This document shows, one piece after another, positions 26,486 to 33,279 of a stretch of 33,279 nucleotides of DNA. Made by a program: the position numbers and the translations under genes. Source of the stretch: a virus (Duplodnaviria; Heunggongvirae; Uroviricota; Caudoviricetes); IMG/VR virus record IMGVR_UViG_2718217785_000004; one strand, given 5' to 3'. A model generated the notes under the pieces. The model did not search any database and had not been told where the DNA came from. It saw nothing but the letters and a program-made list of their open reading frames with translations. Position 1 is the stretch's first letter; every line of letters begins with the position of its first letter.

Positions 26486-28765
26486 TTAGTTTGTTTCAAA
26501 TCCCGCCCAACCATCAGAAATCGGATATGAAAACGTTTTCCCATCATAATTTACGGTCGCGCCACGCGCCAGCGCCTCAAGCTCCCATCGCTGCGGCCTG
26601 ATACCGTTCTGAGCAAGGTCAACGCGGATACGGGTAATTTGCATTCGTTCCGACCGGGCCAGTCTGGCCGATGGTGCAATTTCATGTGGTTTTAACGAGC
26701 TTCCGTTTCTTTGCTGACGATTTGGCGTTCTCCGACCGTGTTTTAATGCACCTCTGAGCGCCCTCACGACCTCCGGGTCACTCCATTCGATAACACTGTC
26801 ATCAACCAGATTAAGCACTGCTGCGGCGTGCTCAGAAGGTGTGGGAGCCGGTAACGAAGTATCACCACCGGTGAGTTTTCCACAGTTATTGACAGGACTC
26901 CGAGGCGCGGCGATGCCGCTTTTTAAAGTCAAAGGCTCAACGACCGGCACTTTCGGCACAATGCGCCAGTCCGTCGTTCTGGTGATATGAATATGACGCG
27001 CGCCGAGATGCGGCGCGTAAATGCCGACCACTCTCTCGACTTCTTCCTCGTACTCGTTAACGTCATCCGACGGGCTACGGGCAACCCTGACAGTCTGACA
27101 ATCGCGCGGAACATTTGCCCCACCCTGCGCGCTGATATACAACGCAAAATCACCACTGTCTGCGGCAGCGCGTGCAGCCTCGACGCGTTCGTCAAACTCA
27201 TCAGCAATGCTGACGCCGCGAGGCAATTTGCGTAGTTCACGGTAAGCCCCCATTGTCGGCAGGCCAACCGTTTTAAATTGCGGAATGCGCCACGTTGACG
27301 CCCATGCGGTAACAGCCGCGGCAGTGTCTTTCAGCGGCCTGCCGGTATCGTTATCGAGCTGACCATCCAGTGCATAGCCATCGATGTTTTTTGAAATGTA
27401 TTTCGCGATATACCCCGCAGCACCGCCCCGGTTAAGGTGTTTTGCCTGAAAACGGTTTCGCGCAGCTCCTCTTTCGTCGCCATCCTCTTTGAGCGCGTAG
27501 CGACGCATGATTTCAATAATCTGGTTACGCTGGCGTGGATTACAAAAAAGCATCATATGCCAGTGCGGCGTTCCGTCGTGGTGTGGCTCGACGACTCGCA
27601 AACCGTAGACCTGTAAATCATTATCCTTGAATGCCGTGCGCATCAGGCTCCAGATACGGCAGAGATAACGCTGCGCATCCTTTGGATTAAATGCCTCATC
27701 GTTCCAGCCGTGATTTAGCTGGACGGTTTTACTTTCTCCTTTTCCGACCTGACGTGTCGGGTGATACTTTGACGGCGCGGTCAGCGTGATAAACATCCCC
27801 ACATCACCCTCTGCTGCGGCGTAACGCTCAATACCGGCGATGGTGTTCATCAGCTCCATCCGGCGAATTTCTGGATTAGAAATACTGCCCATCACCTTAC
27901 TGATAAGGTCGATGCGCTCGCCGGTTTCCTTGTTTTCAAGGTCACACGATTTAAGAAACTCCAGATTTGCCTGGCGGCGCGCACGCACATCACGAATGGC
28001 ATGTTTACTGGCATAAGGAGAACGGTCTTTATTGACCTCCCCGACAGCAATCAGTAACGCCTCATGCCAGCGCATACGCTGGCCTTTAAGCTGATGAGTC
28101 CACCACTCATCGTTAAACAGACGGGCAATGGCAGAATATGCCTGCCTCGTGGTTATCTGTCCTTTACGGTATTTTTTCCAGTAGAGCGGGGAAATATTGA
28201 AAGCACGTGCAGCGCCAGCAACATGACCATACAGGTGAGTCTGCGCCTCATCCGTAAACAGCGATTCTTTTTCGCCATGTGCATCAACCCATGCATCGCA
28301 GAGTTCCTCATACATCATGAAAAGCTGCGATGAGATACGGGCGGCAAACTTTTTCAGCTCCTTGTCATTCATTCCAGGCAGGCGCGCATAGTGGTCACGC
28401 TCTGCCAGAAACAGCAACGACGCGTCGGTGTTCATTTCATGGCGCTGATTCACGCGCTCAATGCGCGGCCATAAACGACGCTGAAAAGTAGATGTGAGGA
28501 AATAAAACCCGTGCACCGGGCTTTTATTGCGCCGGATGTAGTCATAGCGTGAAGTAAACAGCGAGCGCAAAAAGTAAGGCAGGCGGTTAATCGTGGATAA
28601 AACACCTTGCACCTGACGCATCTCGTCACGTGTAAGGGGTCTTTCGCGCCCGACGGCCTCGCGTGGCGCGTTCCATGCATAAGCACCGGTAAACGCCTTA
28701 CCGGTGCCTGCAGCAAATGCTGACGGAGGTACGCAGGTGTATTGCTCCTGGAAAGAATGACTCAT
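26486..28765 (-). CDS. A: Replication initiation protein A (rolling-circle nickase)
   Basis: 759-aa ORF, size/position of P2 gpA at the end of the early operon. Confidence 0.85.
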   Translation of the reverse strand: MSHSFQEQYTCVPPSAFAAGTGKAFTGAYAWNAPREAVGRERPLTRDEMRQVQGVLSTINRLPYFLRSLFTSRYDYIRRNKSPVHGFYFLTSTFQRRLWPRIERVNQRHEMNTDASLLFLAERDHYARLPGMNDKELKKFAARISSQLFMMYEELCDAWVDAHGEKESLFTDEAQTHLYGHVAGAARAFNISPLYWKKYRKGQITTRQAYSAIARLFNDEWWTHQLKGQRMRWHEALLIAVGEVNKDRSPYASKHAIRDVRARRQANLEFLKSCDLENKETGERIDLISKVMGSISNPEIRRMELMNTIAGIERYAAAEGDVGMFITLTAPSKYHPTRQVGKGESKTVQLNHGWNDEAFNPKDAQRYLCRIWSLMRTAFKDNDLQVYGLRVVEPHHDGTPHWHMMLFCNPRQRNQIIEIMRRYALKEDGDERGAARNRFQAKHLNRGGAAGYIAKYISKNIDGYALDGQLDNDTGRPLKDTAAAVTAWASTWRIPQFKTVGLPTMGAYRELRKLPRGVSIADEFDERVEAARAAADSGDFALYISAQGGANVPRDCQTVRVARSPSDDVNEYEEEVERVVGIYAPHLGARHIHITRTTDWRIVPKVPVVEPLTLKSGIAAPRSPVNNCGKLTGGDTSLPAPTPSEHAAAVLNLVDDSVIEWSDPEVVRALRGALKHGRRTPNRQQRNGSSLKPHEIAPSARLARSERMQITRIRVDLAQNGIRPQRWELEALARGATVNYDGKTFSYPISDGWAGFETN

Positions 28766-29769
28766 TCACATACACCGGCATAGACACTACTGCAAACTGA
28801 CTTATCATTCACCGAAGCCAGCAAATCAAACTGTGCCCCGCCACGCGTGGTCATCGCCCAGTCACGATAAGACTCAATTCCGTAAGCATCGACAGTAATA
28901 ATATCAATGCGGCGTTCCGCACGACGCGGGTCATGAGTTGACGGGAAGAAAGTAGAATTTCCGCGTCTGGAGCATGCGGCGACAAGTCGCTCCCATTCCG
29001 CAACACGCTTAACCTCTTCCGGCCAGCGACTAAAAATTTCAGCTAATTCAGACTTTCTGGCGTGGATGCAGGGCATACAACCGACACGACTGCATCCCTG
29101 CTGGTATAACGGATTAGGTTTAATTCCATGACGTCTTGCAAATGCAAATACCTCCTCATGCGTCCAGTTCAGAATAGGACGGTATACATGGAGCCCGGGC
29201 GTATTGTCCGCATCCTCTTCCCAGGCAGGCAGACCCGCGCGCGCAGGAGACTCCTGAGCGCGAACCCCCTGCCAGCTAATTACCTCATCAAACTCATTAA
29301 GCGCAGGTAACACGACCTGAGTACGTACTGGCTCATGTTTAAGGTCAAAAGTGCAAAATCTGGCTTTAGTGGAAGGAAATCGCCCTTTCCACATGCACAA
29401 ATCAAGAAATGGGATACCAGTAGGCTTGAGAATTTCCAGCGCACAATTGATGCGCTCTGCCGCTTCCCCCGGAGACATTCCGCACTCTTCAACCAGAGAA
29501 ACAGGCCATTTCTCAGCAATAAACTTGCGCTTACCTTCAATCTGTCGGGAGAAGTCAGCTTTAACCCGTTTAACCGGCCCGAGTCGGTTCTCCAGATAAT
29601 CGAGATACTCCATTGTCTGCGGATGCTCATGCCCGGTGTCTGCAAAAACCGGCAAAAAATGCACACCGCTTTCAATACCAACAAGCCATTGAGCAAGGCT
29701 ATCCTTTCCGCCAGAAACAGAAATAATATTGATAGAGCTTTCAGCTCGGCAGCGGGTATCAACTATCAT
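28762..29769 (-). CDS. PAPS-reductase-family PP-loop protein (phosphoadenosine-phosphosulfate reductase/DndC-like fold)
   Basis: PP-loop motif SVSGGKDS near N-terminus and C-terminal Cys cluster CSRVGCMPC; stop overlaps the A start by 4 bp. Confidence 0.7.
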   Translation of the reverse strand: MIVDTRCRAESSINIISVSGGKDSLAQWLVGIESGVHFLPVFADTGHEHPQTMEYLDYLENRLGPVKRVKADFSRQIEGKRKFIAEKWPVSLVEECGMSPGEAAERINCALEILKPTGIPFLDLCMWKGRFPSTKARFCTFDLKHEPVRTQVVLPALNEFDEVISWQGVRAQESPARAGLPAWEEDADNTPGLHVYRPILNWTHEEVFAFARRHGIKPNPLYQQGCSRVGCMPCIHARKSELAEIFSRWPEEVKRVAEWERLVAACSRRGNSTFFPSTHDPRRAERRIDIITVDAYGIESYRDWAMTTRGGAQFDLLASVNDKSVCSSVYAGVCE

Positions 29770-30047
29770 TTAGATTTCCCCGCACAGAGAAACGCAGTCA
29801 GACACTGCTGACCGAGCTGCTCAACCTGAGAGCTCAGCGCCTCAAAAGAGACAGCGTTACCGCTCAAAATATCGTGATGGATCAGACCGGAAACGAGCTG
29901 GTTTAATTTGGGGTAATAGCCGACAACATCCAGCCACTCTTTACCGGCATTCTTCCCGGTTTCAGCGGTCTTTCTCTCCTGCAAAATGAACTGAAAACGG
30001 TCATTTGTGACGACATAACGCTCGCCAATCTCAATACGAATGCTCAT
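29766..30047 (-). CDS. Hypothetical early-operon protein
   Basis: 93-aa ORF, 4-bp overlap with downstream gene; no recognisable motif. Confidence 0.5.
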   Translation of the reverse strand: MSIRIEIGERYVVTNDRFQFILQERKTAETGKNAGKEWLDVVGYYPKLNQLVSGLIHHDILSGNAVSFEALSSQVEQLGQQCLTAFLCAGKSK

Positions 30048-30268
30048 GCCATTCTCCGGTAATGCTTGTTTTTTGCTTCAAAGACTGACTGGCAGGAAAC
30101 ACAACGCGTGGCTGACGGATAAGCCGCACGACGGGCAGCAGGTATTGGCGCGTCACACTCTTCGCAAACCAGCGCAGAAACACCGCAATGTTTTACCCTT
30201 GCCGCGTTAATCTGGCGCTCCAGTAATTCAGCCTGTTGTTCCTGAATAAAATCCTCGTTGTCCGGCAT
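30044..30268 (-). CDS. TraR/DksA-family C4 zinc-finger protein
   Basis: CEECDAPIP...CVSCQ four-Cys motif in a 74-aa protein. Confidence 0.7.
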   Translation of the reverse strand: MPDNEDFIQEQQAELLERQINAARVKHCGVSALVCEECDAPIPAARRAAYPSATRCVSCQSVFEAKNKHYRRMA

Positions 30269-30573
30269 TACCAGCTCCTTTTGTCGTTCAGTTTCTTAAA
30301 TTCATCAGCGCAATAGCTGGCGATTTCTGTCGTTAATTTTGTCAGTTCATCCACGGAGGAAATTTGCTTGTGAAATACAGCGCGTTTAACAAGTAAATTG
30401 ACCACATCAGACAGGAGATTTAATTCGTTCTGATAAATCGCGATAACAGATTCAGTTATGTCGCGTTTTTCTTTATCAAGACAAAGTTGAATAAGAGACA
30501 AATCGCCATTTTTCATAACGGCGATTTTTAAGGCGTTATTCAGTAACACAACTGAATGAGAACAGGACATCAA
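30268..30573 (-). CDS. Hypothetical early-operon protein
   Basis: 101-aa ORF in tightly packed operon. Confidence 0.45.
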   Translation of the reverse strand: MMSCSHSVVLLNNALKIAVMKNGDLSLIQLCLDKEKRDITESVIAIYQNELNLLSDVVNLLVKRAVFHKQISSVDELTKLTTEIASYCADEFKKLNDKRSW

Positions 30574-30794
30574 AGCACCTCCCCGCGAGACAATCCGATA
30601 TTGTGAAATTTTTCCGACTCCTGACTAAGCAGCTCGACTATCTCCACGCGGGATAACTCCGCCTTTGTGATATGGCGAATCATGGCGTCAAGATGAGAAG
30701 AAAAGCGCGTCGCAGCGTCGGCCTGTGCTTCGGTTCTGGCCTGTTGCAGCAGTAATGCGTATTTACCGCACTGATTTTCAGAAACTGTATGCAT
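30570..30794 (-). CDS. Hypothetical early-operon protein
   Basis: 74-aa ORF in tightly packed operon. Confidence 0.45.
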   Translation of the reverse strand: MHTVSENQCGKYALLLQQARTEAQADAATRFSSHLDAMIRHITKAELSRVEIVELLSQESEKFHNIGLSRGEVL

Positions 30795-30857
30795 GACTTT
30801 CTCCGGGCAAAAAGAAGCCCCGCACGATTAAGCGCGTTAAAAACTCTGGTTAATTAC

Positions 30858-31364
30858 TTAATGCAGATATTGCTCTGGTTTTACCGACGTCAGAATTGTC
30901 GGTGCATACTCAAACAGGCTGAATAATTCACGTAATGCACGGAATAAAGCATCACGCCAGTAACATGATTCTTCATTAATTCGCCAGTATGGCTGGTTGA
31001 ATTCTTTTTCAGTCAATCCGGCATGCATAAATAAAGTACGGCGCTGACTGACAGTTAAAAAGCTAATATATGCATACTCACTTGCACCGACCTGACGGCG
31101 TTTTGAGAATGCCCCACGCAGTTCATCAATTGCACAAACCAGCCGTTCACGTTCGACGTCGTTCATTTCTTCAAAACGCATCGTTGCGTGACGCTGTTTT
31201 AACTGCGCATGGAAGCAAACCGTTAGCCGTTCGCGTTCCATCATCTGATTATAATAATCGCATGTCTCCTGCCAGCGAGGGACGGCCAGATGCTTACCAA
31301 TTATCCGGCGCATAGTTGCTGGCTGTTTTTCAACGAGATTGAGCGTCATCACTGTCATTTCCAT
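30858..31364 (-). CDS. B: Probable replication protein B-like (DnaB-helicase loader accessory)
   Basis: 168-aa ORF at the position and size of P2 gene B; assignment by synteny only. Confidence 0.5.
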   Translation of the reverse strand: MEMTVMTLNLVEKQPATMRRIIGKHLAVPRWQETCDYYNQMMERERLTVCFHAQLKQRHATMRFEEMNDVERERLVCAIDELRGAFSKRRQVGASEYAYISFLTVSQRRTLFMHAGLTEKEFNQPYWRINEESCYWRDALFRALRELFSLFEYAPTILTSVKPEQYLH

Positions 31365-31552
31365 ACCCTCCGGCTTTTCAGAAAGGTCAGAGCCTTTTTT
31401 AACGGACTCTGTTTTTTGGTGCGGATAATGATTCCCTTGCGTCCCTTCCCGTGGGTGATGGTGAAGTCAATCGCCCTGGGGCTTTCGTTACGCAGTAACT
31501 GAGCAATACAACGCGGCTCATTCATAATCACAACCCCATCCACAAAAGCCAT
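31355..31552 (-). CDS. Hypothetical small early protein
   Basis: 65-aa basic ORF between cox and B-like gene. Confidence 0.4.
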   Translation of the reverse strand: MAFVDGVVIMNEPRCIAQLLRNESPRAIDFTITHGKGRKGIIIRTKKQSPLKKALTFLKSRRVWK

Positions 31553-31800
31553 GCATCACGCTGTTCAACCGGTCGGTTATAAAACGCCTCACGTACAGCG
31601 CGATTAAACTCTGGAATGAAAACCCATTTCTCACCGGCGCGGGCCTTCGGCTTATTTGGATCTCGAAGCTCGATAACCGGTAGCTTGTTAGCCTTTATCA
31701 TTTCTGTAACTGCGGTTTTTGGTTTACCCAATAAATCTGCAAACTTTTCCGCATGTACCGCATCAAGCGGGTACTTAATCACATAATCATTAACTTCCAT
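31528..31800 (-). CDS. cox: Cox-like excision/transcriptional regulator
   Basis: 90-aa ORF, first gene of the early operon divergent from C; C-terminal ...RDAWLLWMGL resembles P2 Cox. Confidence 0.7.
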   Translation of the reverse strand: MEVNDYVIKYPLDAVHAEKFADLLGKPKTAVTEMIKANKLPVIELRDPNKPKARAGEKWVFIPEFNRAVREAFYNRPVEQRDAWLLWMGL

Positions 31801-31935
31801 CTATGTTACCCTCATAGGATCCAGCCCCTTAAAAACCGCTTGGAACCGTTTAAGCGGCGCTGGACTCACGCCCGAAAAGGTTCTGGATTAATGACCTTCT
31901 CGGGGAATATAGTCATTAAGTCAGGACTATGTCAA
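31801..31935. promoter_or_regulatory. Lysis-lysogeny switch region with presumed face-to-face Pe/Pc promoters and operators
   Basis: Intergenic region between divergent cox and C; assignment by P2 analogy, individual sites not resolved. Confidence 0.4.
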
Positions 31936-32229
31936 ATGAATATCGCACAGAAATTAAGAGCAATAAGACAATCGGAAGGGCTAACTCAAGCAAAATTCAG
32001 TGAAATCAGCGGTATAGCGTTAGGAACGCTAAAGAATTACGAAGGAGGCCATCAAGACCCTGGCATCCAAGTTGTGTTGCAGGTCACCAATGCACCTCAG
32101 TTCCAAAAATACACACTATGGCTCATGACAGATAAAACAGCGCCGGAAGCGGGACAAATCGCACCGGCTCTCGCGCACATTGGGCCAGAGTCAACAGAAT
32201 CCGACCACTCCGCGAAAAGGATTGGCTAA
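31936..32229 (+). CDS. C: Immunity repressor C
   Basis: Probable start at internal ATG 31936 (MNIAQKLRAIRQSEGLTQAKFSEISGIALGTLKNYEGG... HTH); C-terminal ...APEAGQIAPALAHIGPES resembles P2 C. Confidence 0.8.
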   Translation: MNIAQKLRAIRQSEGLTQAKFSEISGIALGTLKNYEGGHQDPGIQVVLQVTNAPQFQKYTLWLMTDKTAPEAGQIAPALAHIGPESTESDHSAKRIG

Positions 32230-32249
32230 CTCTATATAAAAATTACATT

Positions 32250-32276
32250 TTCACCATTTGCCACCAAAATGGTGAA
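32250..32276 (+). promoter_or_regulatory. Perfect 10-bp inverted repeat TTCACCATTT-N7-AAATGGTGAA between C and int
   Basis: Seen in sequence; preceded by an AT-rich TATATAAAAAT stretch, followed by the int Shine-Dalgarno GGAGGG. Confidence 0.35.
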
Positions 32277-32298
32277 TACAGCGCCGGAGGGCTTTCTT

Positions 32299-33279
32299 AT
32301 GGCAATTAAGAAGCTCGATGATGGTCGCTATGAAGTGGACATTAGACCTCGCGGTCGCGACGGAAAACGCATCCGCAGGAAATTTGAAAGAAAAGCTGAA
32401 GCACTAGCATTTGAGCGATACACAATCGCCAATGCCAGTCAGAAAGAATGGGGAGGCCAGCGAGCAGACCGCCGAACTTTGACAGAATTGCTCGACATCT
32501 GGTGGAAATACCACGGGCAAAACCACGAGCATGGGACAAAAGAGTTTAATCATCTGCTCAAAACCATCAGCGGCATAGGTGATATACCAGTGAGCCGGAT
32601 GAACAAAAGGGCTTTGATGGATTATCGCTCCATGCGACTACGTGATGGCATCAGTGCTGCAACGATAAACCGCGACATGTACCGATTATCCGGCATGTTC
32701 ACAAAATTAATTCAATTGGATGAATTTTCCGGGCAACACCCAATTCACGGACTGCCGCCACTGACGGAGGCTAACCCTGAAATGACGTTCCTGGAAAAAG
32801 CAGAAATCGAAAAACTGCTAAATGTTTTGACTGGTGATGACTTACTTGTCGCGCTTTTATGTCTGAGCACTGGAGGAAGATGGACGGAAGTTGCCACGCT
32901 AAAACCAGCACAGATTACAAGTTGCAGGGTTACCTTCCTGAAAACCAAAAACGGTAAAAAGCGAACAGTGCCGATTTCTGAGGAACTGGAGAAAAAAGTT
33001 AAAGAGGAGGCCAGCGCCAAATTGTTCAAGGTAGATTATGAGAAGTTTTGCGGGATTTTACGCAGAGTGAAACCTGATATACCTCCCAATCAGGCAACCC
33101 ACATTCTGCGGCATACATTCGCAAGCCATTTCATGATGAATGGGGGCAACATAATTGCACTGCAACAGATTCTGGGGCATGCGAGCATTCAGCAGACAAT
33201 GACCTATGCGCACCTTGCGCCTGACTACCTGCAGAACGCCGTCGCTCTGAATCCACTAAAAGGCGGAGTGACGTTATAA
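32299..33279 (+). CDS. int: Tyrosine integrase
   Basis: Probable start at MAIKKLDDGRYEVDIRP (32299); C-terminal catalytic region HILRHTFASH...LGHASIQQTMTYAHL (R-H-R-Y); stop TAA at the last bases of the window. Confidence 0.9.
   Translation: MAIKKLDDGRYEVDIRPRGRDGKRIRRKFERKAEALAFERYTIANASQKEWGGQRADRRTLTELLDIWWKYHGQNHEHGTKEFNHLLKTISGIGDIPVSRMNKRALMDYRSMRLRDGISAATINRDMYRLSGMFTKLIQLDEFSGQHPIHGLPPLTEANPEMTFLEKAEIEKLLNVLTGDDLLVALLCLSTGGRWTEVATLKPAQITSCRVTFLKTKNGKKRTVPISEELEKKVKEEASAKLFKVDYEKFCGILRRVKPDIPPNQATHILRHTFASHFMMNGGNIIALQQILGHASIQQTMTYAHLAPDYLQNAVALNPLKGGVTL

Larger units (their letters stand above)
922..33279. mobile_element. P2-like temperate prophage (complete or near-complete); attR side near fieF, int at the window end
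   Basis: Full P2 gene order ogr-D-U-T-E-FII-FI-(invertase/fibre)-H-I-J-W-V-S-R-lysCBA-K-Y-X-L-M-N-O / P-Q-cos-(cargo)-A...cox-C-int recognised from ORF translations; exact att cores not determined. Confidence 0.85.

Noticed and set aside
26929-27516. ORFs 26929..27267, 26987..27235 and 27331..27516 inside gene A
   Set aside because: Alternative-frame or antisense ORFs within the replication initiator gene.
29280-29762. 160-aa minus-strand ORF overlapping the PAPS-reductase-like gene in another frame
   Set aside because: The PP-loop frame carries the recognisable motifs; the alternative frame has none.
31753-31935. Long N-terminal extension of the C repressor ORF (ORF track start 31753)
   Set aside because: The extension overlaps cox on the opposite strand and the switch region; the internal ATG at 31936 gives a protein of the expected ~98 aa with an N-terminal HTH.
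1-33279. tRNA, rRNA genes and CRISPR arrays
   Set aside because: No cloverleaf-like conserved tRNA segments, no repeat-spacer arrays and no rRNA-like sequence were noticed; a tRNAscan/CRISPR search would be needed to confirm.

Overview
The window is almost entirely a P2-like (Peduovirus-type) prophage, about 32 kb, sitting next to the chromosomal gene fieF in an Escherichia-type genome. Gene order is collinear with P2 in reverse orientation: ogr, D-U-T-E/E'-FII-FI tail genes, baseplate and tail-fibre genes, lysis cassette, head genes L-M-N-O, divergent P-Q, cos, a cargo island, then the early operon (A, small ORFs, B-like, cox), C repressor and int. All calls come from reading the ORF translations and the sequence by eye; no database search was run. 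Two accessory loci stand out. (1) At the position P2 uses for old/tin (between cos and A) there is a low-GC two-gene island: a 652-aa protein with an Hsp90/MORC-type GHKL ATPase N-terminus and a PD-(D/E)xK-like C-terminus, convergent with a C5-cytosine methyltransferase. I read this as a candidate R-M-like or anti-phage module that I cannot assign to a named system. (2) Between FI and H there is a Hin/Gin-family invertase with an invertible tail-fibre segment of about 1.9 kb bounded by hix/gix-like inverted repeats. Other features found are the E/E' -1 frameshift site, lysC embedded in lysB, a P2-type cos sequence, and a PAPS-reductase-like PP-loop gene coupled to A.
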